Assembly: GCA_017474205.1 (NCBI GenBank)
Contig: JAFVID010000028.1
Coordinates: 7,647 to 71,646 of the forward strand
Source of the DNA: Clostridia bacterium
Lineage (GTDB): Bacteria; Bacillota; Clostridia; Oscillospirales; Acutalibacteraceae
Length of the DNA: 64,000 nt
Direction: 5' to 3'
Shown here piece after piece: positions 19,515 to 28,894 of the stretch. Made by a program: the position numbers and the translations under genes. Below the pieces are notes generated by a model, which had not been told where the DNA came from, ran no database searches, and was given only the letters and a program-made list of their open reading frames with translations. How positions within the stretch are numbered: the stretch's first letter is position 1; each line of letters starts with the position of its first letter.

Positions 19515-20357
19515 TTAGGGCAAAGTTTTCCAAATTCGTTTGGAGGCAGCCACAAGTCGCTCTACAAAAATGTCGGGAGCGGTGGCAGAGCCGATTGGAT
19601 TGGGTCTTTCGCAATACATTCCGTGGAAGTCGCTACCACCCGTCATAACCAAATCGTGTTGTTTAGCAATGGTAATAAGGTTATTAACCCTCTCTTCATC
19701 GTTGGAGGGGTGCCAAATTTCAATACCGTCAAGACCTATTTTCACAAGTTCGGGAATAAGGTCAACACTATCGTACATATAAGGATGAGCGAGTACCGCT
19801 ACGCCCCCCGATTCTTTAACCTGGGGAATAACGTCCCTAATATCGGGATAATCAAGTTCACCCTTAACAATACCGTTTTCACCAAAAAGACGCTCATACA
19901 AACGACCGTAAATGGTGGTGGTGTATCCTGCATCCATAAGGGCTGACATAATATGTACCTTATAGATATTTGTACTACCCGTTGCCCATTTTTTAATGAG
20001 GGCAGCGGGGATGGGATATCTTCTCATTACCTCGGTGGCCATAACCTGACCTGCCGATTTTCTTTTATCTGAAATTTCCTTACAAAGCCCTTGAAGTCGG
20101 TCCGGATATTTAGGGTTGTAACAAAGCAAATGTGCTTTTCTTCCTGTTTTTGAATCTTTACAACTAAACTCAACTCCGGGGATAACGTTAAGTCCGGCTC
20201 TTTCGCCAATAACCTTTCCCCTCATAGCGCCTGCCAAAGTATCGTGGTCGGTAATGGCGATACTTTTAAGACCGGCACCCTTTGCAAGTGCGATAAGTTC
20301 TTCTATTCCCATTGACCCGTCGGATAGTTTGGTGTGGCAATGCAAATCTCCTGCCAT
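19515..20357 (-). CDS. PHP-family phosphoesterase (TrpH/YciV-like)
   Basis: 280 aa. DLHCHTKLSDG...AITDHDT N-terminal PHP motif and a later GGSDFHG block. Confidence 0.75.
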   Translation of the reverse strand: MAGDLHCHTKLSDGSMGIEELIALAKGAGLKSIAITDHDTLAGAMRGKVIGERAGLNVIPGVEFSCKDSKTGRKAHLLCYNPKYPDRLQGLCKEISDKRKSAGQVMATEVMRRYPIPAALIKKWATGSTNIYKVHIMSALMDAGYTTTIYGRLYERLFGENGIVKGELDYPDIRDVIPQVKESGGVAVLAHPYMYDSVDLIPELVKIGLDGIEIWHPSNDEERVNNLITIAKQHDLVMTGGSDFHGMYCERPNPIGSATAPDIFVERLVAASKRIWKTLP

Positions 20358-20458
20358 CTTATCACATCCTTAATATTTTTAGGGCTATTAGCCCACATTA
20401 TTTACAATAATTATTATATATTATTTCAACATTTTTCGCAAGAAAAAATCTCGATATT

Positions 20459-21646
20459 TCACGCAAAATTCTTTATATTTGCCCTTATTCCATCCACTCT
20501 TTCCTGCCAGTCGGAGCATACATTTGCTCCCCCCTGAGCAAAGGTTTTGTTTCCGCCACCCTTACCGTTCATTACGCAGTTAAGCAGTTCGCAAATGTTT
20601 TTACAGTCCCCTTTAGATGCTTTTCCGCATCCTACAAGATACCCAATTCTGTTACCGTCGTTGTAAACCACAACCGCGGTAACGTCATCCTTTTCAATAA
20701 GCATATTGAGAAGGGTTTTTGCCTCTTTAGGAGTGGTATTATCCTGACAAGTAACAACAGGATTTTCTCCGCTTTCTAAAAGTGCCTTTGCCTTCATTCC
20801 CATAAGCAAATCTGCCTTTGCCTTAAGGTCGGCTTTAAGGGCGGATATTTCATCACGAAGTCCCTTAATACCATCGGTAAGCCGTCCCATATCGCAAGAA
20901 AAGGAATCACAAAGTTCTTTTATTAAATCACTCTTGGCGGTTACGTCGAGATACGTTCTCTTTCCGCAATAAAAATAGATGCGGAGTCCGCCACGGAGTT
21001 TTTCGGTTTTGTATATTTTTATCATTCCCACCTGACCGGAAGATGCAAGGGGCGTACCGCAACAGGTACAAATATCGCTACCCACAACCTCAACGATTCG
21101 GGGATTATCGCCCGATTTTTCCGATGCCTTGCGGAAGGGTTTTTCATTTAACTCATCCCTGGTGCAATAATAAACCTTAATAGGTGCATCATCGGTAACG
21201 ATTTTATTGGCAAACTCCTCCGCCTCACGCATTTGCTCGGCGGTGGGGATACCGTCTAAATCCAAAGTTGCAAAATCTTCGTTAAGATGGAATCCCACGT
21301 TGTTAAACTCAAAGAGTTTCCAAAAGGCAAAGGATAAAATATGCTCCCCAATATGTTGTTGCATAAAATCCCAACGGCGGTCACTATCTACCGTTGCCAA
21401 ATACGTTTTGCCCACCTTTAAGGGTGCATCGGTTAGGTGAATTACATCCTCACCTGCTTCCGCAACGTCAATAACGTTGGCATCCCCAATGGTACCAAGG
21501 TCGCAGGGTTGTCCGCCACCGGTTGGGAAAAAGGGGGTGCGGTCGAGTTGCACCTTATATTTATCTTCTTCCTTTTCGCAGGAGATAACCGTTACCTCAC
21601 ACTCAAAAAGGAAGGAGTCGTTTTCGTATAACTTTTCAACTGACAT
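20459..21646 (-). CDS. alanyl-tRNA editing protein (AlaX-L type)
   Basis: tRNA-synthetase second additional domain motifs (HIGEHIL; CTCCGTP). Start set at 21646 (MSVEKLY) with GGAG 6 nt upstream. Confidence 0.75.
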   Translation of the reverse strand: MSVEKLYENDSFLFECEVTVISCEKEEDKYKVQLDRTPFFPTGGGQPCDLGTIGDANVIDVAEAGEDVIHLTDAPLKVGKTYLATVDSDRRWDFMQQHIGEHILSFAFWKLFEFNNVGFHLNEDFATLDLDGIPTAEQMREAEEFANKIVTDDAPIKVYYCTRDELNEKPFRKASEKSGDNPRIVEVVGSDICTCCGTPLASSGQVGMIKIYKTEKLRGGLRIYFYCGKRTYLDVTAKSDLIKELCDSFSCDMGRLTDGIKGLRDEISALKADLKAKADLLMGMKAKALLESGENPVVTCQDNTTPKEAKTLLNMLIEKDDVTAVVVYNDGNRIGYLVGCGKASKGDCKNICELLNCVMNGKGGGNKTFAQGGANVCSDWQERVDGIRANIKNFA

Positions 21647-21669
21647 AAAAATCTCCACTAAAAACTAAA

Positions 21670-22770
21670 CTATGAAACTTTACTTGCGGTACTGCTTTCG
21701 GGAGCGGAGGTTTCGATTTTAATATCTCTGCTTGAGGGAGCAATCGCCACCCAGGTTTTACCCGCGTTGAGAGAGAAGGGATTACCGTTCTCATCGGTAA
21801 GGGTGAATTTGTTGGTAGCCGCACCCTTTGACCATTTAATCTTGCAATATCCTTCGGGGGAGAAATACATTCCCTCTCCCGACGTAAGGGCTGCTCTTAA
21901 ATGATAATTATCGGAAAAATGACTATAGGTGTCTTGTAAAATAAGCACGTTATCCACCGCAGTTTCTTTGCCCGTTTTAATATCCTTTTGAGGTGCACCG
22001 TCTATATATCTAACGTACTTGTTAGTTTTGGAATCAAAAACAAATCTGCTTTGGAAATAACTCGACATAGGAGTTTCCAATGCTGTGCATTTGTTTTGAT
22101 ATTTAGCATCCTTTTCGGGATGATTAAAAGAAAAATATGTACCGCTATGACTTTCCTTAACTTCGGTGCGGAATTTTGCCTTTTCAAATCCTGCTAAAAG
22201 TTTTTCCCCTGTTGTATAGAGGGTGTGTTCATAAGCGAGACCGTTTTTATCCCTGAAGGAACATCCCCTTGCACCTAAATCGAAGAATGATACCCCTGCA
22301 CTATTGCAGTAGGGACGGGTATATACGTCATCCATTCCGCAGTGAACATAGAGGGCATCTAAAGAAAGGGCAAGTTGTGCGTAGGTGTATCGAGCACTAC
22401 GAACGGTGCCGATTTGACCTACCTTTGACACGTCATAAAAAACCGCCATAAGTCGGGTGATACCACCCTCGGCTAAACTTTCAAAAATGATATCCGCATC
22501 GGCAAGACCTGCCTGCACGCCCTGAGCGTTGTTGCGACTGTCTTTGTAGTTGTTTATCATTACAGCCACGGGACGTTTCCCCACGTTTTCGGGTAAAATA
22601 TTGTATTCACCCGTAAGGGGATTTACTTCGTATTTGATTTCGGGAACGGAAGATACATCGGCAGGTGTAACCTCAACCGACGTAGGACTTTCAGTGGGGG
22701 TCGATTTGCATCCAAAAAGGGAAATCACAAGCATTAAAACCACTAAAACTTTAATTGTTCTTTGTTTCAT
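21670..22770 (-). CDS. DUF3048-family lipoprotein (YerB-like)
   Basis: 366 aa. It has lipobox VISLFGC and blocks NPLTGE...RPVAVMINN...GITRLMAVFYD as recalled for DUF3048. Confidence 0.7.
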   Translation of the reverse strand: MKQRTIKVLVVLMLVISLFGCKSTPTESPTSVEVTPADVSSVPEIKYEVNPLTGEYNILPENVGKRPVAVMINNYKDSRNNAQGVQAGLADADIIFESLAEGGITRLMAVFYDVSKVGQIGTVRSARYTYAQLALSLDALYVHCGMDDVYTRPYCNSAGVSFFDLGARGCSFRDKNGLAYEHTLYTTGEKLLAGFEKAKFRTEVKESHSGTYFSFNHPEKDAKYQNKCTALETPMSSYFQSRFVFDSKTNKYVRYIDGAPQKDIKTGKETAVDNVLILQDTYSHFSDNYHLRAALTSGEGMYFSPEGYCKIKWSKGAATNKFTLTDENGNPFSLNAGKTWVAIAPSSRDIKIETSAPESSTASKVS

Positions 22771-22818
22771 AACGTTTTACCTCTTTTACAAAACAATTAA
22801 AATAGCATCCGTTTTTTA

Positions 22819-23478
22819 CTAATGTTTAGGACGCTCAAAGTTGCGACCGTTTTTTTCGGCGTCGCTTTTTTCTTTAGCATTTTCCCTTCTTCTTGCTCTT
22901 CTTCTATCGTCTTTGCCATTTTGCTTTTTCACATAAAGATTGAACCAAATAAGTCCGCCTAAACTTAAAAGTGTGAAGATAACAGGTAAAGCAACCCATC
23001 GACGAGCCACGTAAGACCAGTCTTTAATATCTTTTTCTACGGGTTTGGCATTTTCTTCGGCATTTGATTCTTCCTCAACCATATTGGGATTTTTAAGTAC
23101 ACGGGAGCCGGTATAGGGAGGGTAAGATACATCCCCTGAATAATAATATTTATCCCCCGTAGATTCTTGCTCTCTTGAGGTTTCTTCACTGCTTTCTTCG
23201 GATGACTCTTCGGAAGATTCTTCGGAGCTTTCGCTTTCATCCGGTTCTGATTCTTCAACTTCGGATCTTTCCTCGGTGTTTCCTTCTTCGGAGGAGGTAT
23301 CTTCAACCTTGGAAGATTGAGAAGTGCCATCCCCCTCTTGAGTATTATTTTCAACAGCCATACATGTAATGGTGAGCATAATGCCAAAAATCACTGCTAT
23401 GGAAAGTAAACAACTGATAATCTTTTGTGATTGCAACAATTTTAATACCCTCTTTTTCTCTATAAATAGAACTTCCAA
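22819..23478 (-). CDS. Ser/Glu-rich bitopic membrane protein (unknown function)
   Basis: 219 aa. It has an N-terminal TM, a long acidic low-complexity stretch (ESSEESSEESSEESSEETS), a second TM and a basic tail. No family recognised. Confidence 0.5.
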   Translation of the reverse strand: MEVLFIEKKRVLKLLQSQKIISCLLSIAVIFGIMLTITCMAVENNTQEGDGTSQSSKVEDTSSEEGNTEERSEVEESEPDESESSEESSEESSEESSEETSREQESTGDKYYYSGDVSYPPYTGSRVLKNPNMVEEESNAEENAKPVEKDIKDWSYVARRWVALPVIFTLLSLGGLIWFNLYVKKQNGKDDRRRARRRENAKEKSDAEKNGRNFERPKH

Positions 23479-23554
23479 ACTTTATAAAATTTGTGTTTAG
23501 TTCTTCACTTTTTACACTTTCTCTTTTAGGGTAATACTTCTAAAATAAATCTTT

Positions 23555-23662
23555 CTCAAAGCGAGAGGATTTTGGAAGATTTTTGTTCAATTTAATCGAA
23601 GCAATGCTTTGTGCCTTGCAAGATTAAATTGGGCGAAAAGCACCGAAATAATCCGCTTTGAG
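23555..23662 (-). other. nested inverted repeats, possible structured RNA in the proS-downstream spacer
   Basis: The outer 9-bp pair CTCAAAGCG (23555-23563) / CGCTTTGAG (23654-23662) encloses a 10-bp stem CAATTTAATC (23588-23597) / GATTAAATTG (23622-23631). Strand is assigned only from the flanking genes. Confidence 0.3.
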
Positions 23663-23691
23663 GTGATTTAGATTAGAATGTATTGCCTTTT

Positions 23692-25128
23692 TTAGTACTG
23701 TTTGCCCCAATAAACGAGTGTCTTGGCAGGTTTGCCACAGCAAACGCATTTGCCGTCGATTTCTTCTTGAGCAAAGGGCATACATCTGGAGGTAAGACCT
23801 GCCTTTTCTTTAACAGCGGCTTCACATTCGGGGTCACCGCACCACATAGCACGAACAAGTCCGGGCTTATTTTCGGCGGTGTCTATCATTTCATCCATAG
23901 TGTGAACGTCGTAGGTCATTTGTTCACGGCGTTTAAGGGCAGATTCAAACATTCCATCATGTACCGCTTTGAGTTTTGCTTCGATTTCTGCCTCGATATT
24001 ATCAAGGGATACAACCGTCTTTTCACCGTTATCACGGCGTACAAGAACACAACTGTTGTTTTCGATATCACGGGGGCCGATTTCAAGACGAAGGGGAACA
24101 CCCTTCATTTCATATTCGGCAAACTTCCAGCCGGGAGATTGGTTAGAAACGTCGGTCTTAACTCTGCATACCTTTTTAATGCGTTGTTCAATTTCCTGTG
24201 CCTTTTCGTTTACACCGCCCTTGTGTGCAGCGATGGGAACGATAATAACCTGAATAGGTGCCACTGCAGGAGGAAGAACAAGACCGTTATCATCACCGTG
24301 GGTCATAATGATAGCGCCGATAATTCTGGTGGACATACCCCAGGAAGTTTGATGGGGATATTGAAGTTTATTCTCTCGGTCGGAATACTGAATACCAAAG
24401 GCACGGGAGAATCCGTCACCGAAATAGTGGGATGTACCGCTTTGGAGCGCCTTACCGTCGTGCATCATCGCCTCGATGGTATAGGTCGCCTCTGCACCTG
24501 CAAATTTTTCTTTATCGGTCTTTTTACCTCTTACAACGGGGATAGCAAGATACTGTTCGCAGAAATCGGCATATACATTAAGCATTTGTTCGGTTTCTGC
24601 CATTGCCTCCTCGGCAGTTTCGTGCATAGTATGTCCCTCTTGCCACAAAAATTCGGTGGTGCGAAGGAAGGGACGGGTGGTTTTTTCCCAACGTACAACC
24701 GAACACCATTGATTATAGAGTTTAGGTAGGTCGCGGTGGGAATGAATAATATCTTTATAATGGTCGCAGAAAAGGGTTTCGGAGGTAGGACGAACACACA
24801 AACGTTCACCTAACTTTTCCTCACCGCCGTGGGTTACCCAGGCAACCTCGGGAGCAAAGCCCTCAACGTGATCCTTTTCTTTTTGGAGTAAGGATTCGGG
24901 AATAAACATAGGCATCATTACGTTTTCGTGACCCAATTCCTTAAATTTACCGTCTAATATTTTTTGAATATTCTCCCAAATAGCATATCCATAGGGGCGA
25001 ATAATCATACATCCTTTGGTTGATGCATAGTCCACCATCTCCGCCTTTTTAACGACGTCGGTGTACCATTTCGCGAAGTCCACGTCGCGGGAGGTAATAT
25101 CCTCTACCATTTTTTTGTTTTCTGCCAT
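23692..25128 (-). CDS. proS: proline--tRNA ligase (478-aa, short archaeal/eukaryote-like type)
   Basis: Class II aaRS blocks, a C-terminal zinc-binding region (CGDPECE...CVCCGKPA) and the ending YWGKQY, characteristic of this ProRS type. Confidence 0.95.
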   Translation of the reverse strand: MAENKKMVEDITSRDVDFAKWYTDVVKKAEMVDYASTKGCMIIRPYGYAIWENIQKILDGKFKELGHENVMMPMFIPESLLQKEKDHVEGFAPEVAWVTHGGEEKLGERLCVRPTSETLFCDHYKDIIHSHRDLPKLYNQWCSVVRWEKTTRPFLRTTEFLWQEGHTMHETAEEAMAETEQMLNVYADFCEQYLAIPVVRGKKTDKEKFAGAEATYTIEAMMHDGKALQSGTSHYFGDGFSRAFGIQYSDRENKLQYPHQTSWGMSTRIIGAIIMTHGDDNGLVLPPAVAPIQVIIVPIAAHKGGVNEKAQEIEQRIKKVCRVKTDVSNQSPGWKFAEYEMKGVPLRLEIGPRDIENNSCVLVRRDNGEKTVVSLDNIEAEIEAKLKAVHDGMFESALKRREQMTYDVHTMDEMIDTAENKPGLVRAMWCGDPECEAAVKEKAGLTSRCMPFAQEEIDGKCVCCGKPAKTLVYWGKQY

Positions 25129-25150
25129 TTAATATACCACCTTAATATAA

Positions 25151-25203
25151 TTGAAAATTGATAATTGAAAATGAAAAATTATGGTGTCGGGATAAATCCC
25201 GAC
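25151..25203 (+). repeat. TTGAAAA heptamer array plus GTCGGGA-TAAA-TCCCGAC hairpin (copy A)
   Basis: TTGAAAA TTGATAA TTGAAAA TGAAAAA TTATGGT then GTCGGGATAAATCCCGAC. This is near-identical in organisation to 40474-40526. Confidence 0.8.
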
Positions 25204-25235
25204 GAATTAAAAATATGTGTGTAGAACACAAAACC

Positions 25236-25345
25236 TGCCTCCCTTGCCTAAAGGGTCGATTCCCTCACAGTGTGAGGGAAATGTCGCGAAGCGACAAAGG
25301 GAGACGGCCGCCGTGGCGGGGGACCGCGTTAGCGGTGGAGGGATA
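25236..25345 (-). repeat. REP-like GC-rich hairpin element, extended copy 3
   Basis: The reverse complement carries the same core (25318-25345) and the same tail (25236-25254) as copy 2. About 63 nt of extra hairpin modules are inserted between them (TCCCTCAC-AGT-GTGAGGGA 25261-25279; GTCGC-GAA-GCGAC 25283-25295). Confidence 0.85.
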
Positions 25346-25382
25346 CAAAACCACAGGTTTTGACTAAGGGGACGCTTTTTCG

Positions 25383-26102
25383 TTACTCCGCCTTCCAGCC
25401 GTTAATACCTGCCCTTTCCATAGCCCCTATTATCTTTTCGGGGAGGGAGGTGTATTTAAGGGAAAGTTGTAACACCAAATTTTTGGTATCCTCTCGGTTG
25501 GTCTTTTCATCCACGGGACATCTGCTTTTGACTATGGGCAGATTTTTCCGCTCTGCCACCGACTGAGTATCCCTCTCGGTAGCATAAATAAGCGGTCTTA
25601 TTGCCGTTATATCCTTGCGGGACAGATATGTTTTAGGTGCAAAGCAGGATATGTTTCCGCAGGATAACAAATTCATTAAAAAGGTTTCCACCGCGTCATC
25701 CCTTGTGTGTCCCAAGGCGATTTTATTGCAACCGTTTTCCTTGGCAACGTCGTGAAGAATTCCACGTCGCATCTTTGAACACATACTGCAGGGGGATTTT
25801 TCCTTCCGCACCTCAAATATTAAAGAATAAAGTTCACATCTTTTTATGATACATTCAATGCCGTAGCCCCGACACAGTTTTTCTATTCCCGAATAGTCCC
25901 CCTCCTCATTAAAGAAGCAAGGGTCAAGGACTATTGCCTTTATGGTAAAGGGAACGGGATAAAACCGTTTAAGTTCGCAAAGGGCACAAAGAAGGGCAAG
26001 AGAATCTTTACCTCCCGATACCCCCACCGCGATAACGTCATTCGGTTGTATCATTTCGTATTTATCTATGGCACGTCGTGCCAAACCTACAATTCTTCTC
26101 AT
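25383..26102 (-). CDS. ttcA: tRNA 2-thiocytidine biosynthesis protein TtcA-like (PP-loop ATPase)
   Basis: 239 aa with PP-loop SGGKDS and Cys motifs (CSMCSKMRRG). Confidence 0.75.
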   Translation of the reverse strand: MRRIVGLARRAIDKYEMIQPNDVIAVGVSGGKDSLALLCALCELKRFYPVPFTIKAIVLDPCFFNEEGDYSGIEKLCRGYGIECIIKRCELYSLIFEVRKEKSPCSMCSKMRRGILHDVAKENGCNKIALGHTRDDAVETFLMNLLSCGNISCFAPKTYLSRKDITAIRPLIYATERDTQSVAERKNLPIVKSRCPVDEKTNREDTKNLVLQLSLKYTSLPEKIIGAMERAGINGWKAE

Positions 26103-26110
26103 AAAAATAT

Positions 26111-26527
26111 CTAACGATTTTTTCGTTTCACTAAAAAGTTTTCAAGTATCATAACCGCCGCAACGGTATCCACGACTCCGTGGCGTTTTTTACCCCTTGT
26201 GTTGGTAAAGTTCAGGGCGTTGTGGGCTTGCACGGTGGTAAGACGTTCATCGGAAAGTTCCACGGGAAGTCCCGATTTTTCACCCAGGAGTTTTGCAAAA
26301 TCTTTGCATTTTTCTCCCCTTTCACCGCAACTTCCATCCATATTAAGGGGAAGTCCCACCACAAACATTTCGGCTCTGCGTTCCTTTGCGGTTTGGGTAA
26401 GTTTATCGGCAAGAAGGTCTAAATTCCGCTCATAAACCGTACCTAACGGGGATGCAAGTATCTCTCCACTATCACAAATAGCGGTGCCTGTTCGGGCATC
26501 TCCCAAATCTACCGATATAATAACCAA
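26111..26527 (-). CDS. ruvX: Holliday junction resolvase-like RuvX (YqgF)
   Basis: VIISVDLGDARTGTA opening typical of YqgF. TTG start at 26527 with GGAG 9 nt upstream. The longer track ORF would overlap nadC. Confidence 0.75.
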   Translation of the reverse strand: MVIISVDLGDARTGTAICDSGEILASPLGTVYERNLDLLADKLTQTAKERRAEMFVVGLPLNMDGSCGERGEKCKDFAKLLGEKSGLPVELSDERLTTVQAHNALNFTNTRGKKRHGVVDTVAAVMILENFLVKRKNR

Positions 26528-26528
26528 G

Positions 26529-27383
26529 TTAGTTTTCTCCTCCCACCTTAATTTTAAGGGAGATATCAAATGCCTTAACCGAGTGGGTAAGGGCACCGAT
26601 AGAGATAATATCAACACCGGTTTTGGCAATATCACCGATAGTTTCGTAGGTAATACCGCCGGATGCTTCAGTCAACGCTCTGCCGTTTATCATATTGACC
26701 GCCTCGGTCATGGTGGCAACGTCCATATTATCAAGCATAATAATATCTGCCTTGGCTTCGATTGCCTGACTTACTTCGTAAAGATTACGGGTCTCAACCT
26801 CGATTTTAACGGTATGCCCGATTTTTTCACGAAGGGCTTTTACTGCGGGGATAATTCCACCTGCAGCATCGATATGATTATCCTTAAGCATTGCACAGTC
26901 AGAAAGGTTAAAGCGATGATTTTTACCGCCGCCTCGCATAACCGCATACTTTTGAAGGGAACGAATACCGGGAAGGGTTTTTCTTGTATCGGCAACGGTT
27001 GCCTTGGTACCCTCGATAAGGGATACACAATGGGCGGTTTCGGTGGCGATACCCGACATATGTTGCACCATATTAAGGGCGGTTCTCTCACCTTTAAGCA
27101 TAAGGGTGGTGGGACCTTTGATTTCGGCAATGATTTCTCCGCACTTGACCCTATCTCCATCATTTTTGAATTTTTTGAATTCAAAAAGACCGGGGCCTAA
27201 AAGTTCAAAAACCCTGAGGGCAACGTCGATACCGCACAAAACGCCCTCCGCCTTGGCAAGCATAACACCCTTGGTGTGTTGCTTTTCATCAATAAGCAGG
27301 TCGGTGGCTACGTCAATATAGTTAATATCCTCTTTAATGGCTGTTCTGATAATTTCATCTACATAGAATGGAGGCAAATTCAT
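26529..27383 (-). CDS. nadC: nicotinate-nucleotide diphosphorylase (carboxylating)
   Basis: 284 aa with QPRTase blocks (TRKT.PG.R, MLDN). It lies in a nadA-nadB-nadC operon. Confidence 0.9.
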   Translation of the reverse strand: MNLPPFYVDEIIRTAIKEDINYIDVATDLLIDEKQHTKGVMLAKAEGVLCGIDVALRVFELLGPGLFEFKKFKNDGDRVKCGEIIAEIKGPTTLMLKGERTALNMVQHMSGIATETAHCVSLIEGTKATVADTRKTLPGIRSLQKYAVMRGGGKNHRFNLSDCAMLKDNHIDAAGGIIPAVKALREKIGHTVKIEVETRNLYEVSQAIEAKADIIMLDNMDVATMTEAVNMINGRALTEASGGITYETIGDIAKTGVDIISIGALTHSVKAFDISLKIKVGGEN

Positions 27384-28855
27384 CGTTTTTCCATCTCCTT
27401 CAAAATAATGTGGGCAACGGTGGCTAAACTCAAGGTTTCCACAAGTTCTCTGTTTGTTGCATAATTTCCCGATCTTAAATTCTCTCTAATTTCATCCACA
27501 CGGCGAAGTCCTTCGGGGATGTTTTCGGGATGGGGAATAACAAAGCAGGATTGTTGCATAATCTCGTTAATGGTAAGATCTAAATCTTTTGGAACGTTTT
27601 CACCCTCAATGGATGGTGTTTCCAAACTTTCGGGAGGAGTAAAGGTTTCCTCCTTCATCTTTTCTAAAATATCAATGGCACTTCGGCGTCCGAATACAAG
27701 TGCCTCTAAAAGGGAGTTAGATGCAAGTCGGTTTTGACCGTGAACCCCTGTGTGGGAACATTCACCCACCGCATATAATCTGTCAACCGAGGTTTTACCG
27801 TTAATATCCACGTCAATACCACCCATAAGATAGTGATGACAGGGGAAAACGGGTATAGGTTCTTTGGTGATATCCACCCCGTATTCAAGACATTTTGAAT
27901 ATATCATTGGGAAGCGGTTTTTAATAAACTCTTCACCCTTGTATGTAATATCGAGATAAAATTTTTCGCTTTGTTGTTTGCGACTTTCTAAAATTATGGA
28001 TTTTGCCACAACGTCACGGGGAGCAAGTTCAAGGCGTTCATCATAAAGATGCATAAATCTCTCTCTATGACAGTTTAAGAGGTATGCACCCTCACCGCGT
28101 ACCGCCTCACTGATTAAAAACTTTTGACGTGAACCGGTATCCACCGCAAAGGATGTGGGGTGGAATTGAATGTAGTCGAGGTGGGCTATCTTTGCGCCGA
28201 GTTCGTATGCAAAACGTATACCGTCGCCTGTGGATATATCGGAATTGGTGGTGTATTTATATACCTGACCGATACCTCCTGTTGCCAACACCACAAAGGG
28301 AGCACACACCGTTTCGGCCTTTTCGTTCTTTATGTAGGATGCGGCAAATCCACCCTGGATGGGTTCAAGGTTATAGAGCAAAGTGTTATCTAAAATTTCG
28401 ATATTTTCTTTACTCTCTGCCACCATCATAAGTTTTTCGGCGATTTCGTATCCTGTGGAGTCCTTATGATGCACAATGCGGTTGCGACTGTGTCCCCCCT
28501 CAAGGGTAGATACAAAGGTGCCGTCGGGTTGCTTATCGAAATCAACACCGAGTTCCGCAATTTTGCGAACATCGTCGGGGCCTTCCTTTACGAGAATATC
28601 CACCGATACGGGATTGTTCACGTGATGACCCGCTATCATAGTATCGTTTATGTGCAGTTCATAGGAGTCGTTCTGGGTACTTAAAACCGCCGCAACGCCA
28701 CCTTGGGCAAGGGCGGAGTTAGAGAGAAGTTTTTCTCCCTTATTCAGCATCAGAATGTTTTTGTCCTGGGGGAAATTAAGGGCACAGTAAAGTCCTGCGG
28801 CTCCCCCTCCTACGATTATTACGTCATAACTTTTTACAGAATTTTTCACGTTCAT
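27380..28855 (-). CDS. nadB: L-aspartate oxidase
   Basis: 491 aa with an FAD-binding VIIVGGGAAGL motif and flavoprotein blocks of the succinate DH/fumarate reductase family. It overlaps nadC by 4 nt. Confidence 0.9.
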   Translation of the reverse strand: MNVKNSVKSYDVIIVGGGAAGLYCALNFPQDKNILMLNKGEKLLSNSALAQGGVAAVLSTQNDSYELHINDTMIAGHHVNNPVSVDILVKEGPDDVRKIAELGVDFDKQPDGTFVSTLEGGHSRNRIVHHKDSTGYEIAEKLMMVAESKENIEILDNTLLYNLEPIQGGFAASYIKNEKAETVCAPFVVLATGGIGQVYKYTTNSDISTGDGIRFAYELGAKIAHLDYIQFHPTSFAVDTGSRQKFLISEAVRGEGAYLLNCHRERFMHLYDERLELAPRDVVAKSIILESRKQQSEKFYLDITYKGEEFIKNRFPMIYSKCLEYGVDITKEPIPVFPCHHYLMGGIDVDINGKTSVDRLYAVGECSHTGVHGQNRLASNSLLEALVFGRRSAIDILEKMKEETFTPPESLETPSIEGENVPKDLDLTINEIMQQSCFVIPHPENIPEGLRRVDEIRENLRSGNYATNRELVETLSLATVAHIILKEMEKR

Positions 28856-28894
28856 TACCTAGTTTCTCTTTTTAGTTATGTAAAAACACTATTT

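Noticed and set aside
23683-24729. 348-aa ORF on the plus strand
   Set aside because: It lies entirely antisense to proS, whose translation has unmistakable ProRS motifs. The antisense ORF has odd composition (Phe/Gly/Cys/Asn-rich) and no RBS, so it is a shadow ORF.
25129-25382. T-box leader expected upstream of an aminoacyl-tRNA synthetase gene (proS)
   Set aside because: Reading the minus strand, I found no specifier-loop/AGAGA/T-box (…GGTGGTACCGCG…) pattern. The spacer consists of the REP-like modules and the heptamer array. proS is probably co-transcribed with ruvX-ttcA or regulated otherwise.
26484-27200. 238-aa plus-strand ORF
   Set aside because: It is antisense to nadC and the ruvX start. 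nadC is strongly supported by motifs and operon context.
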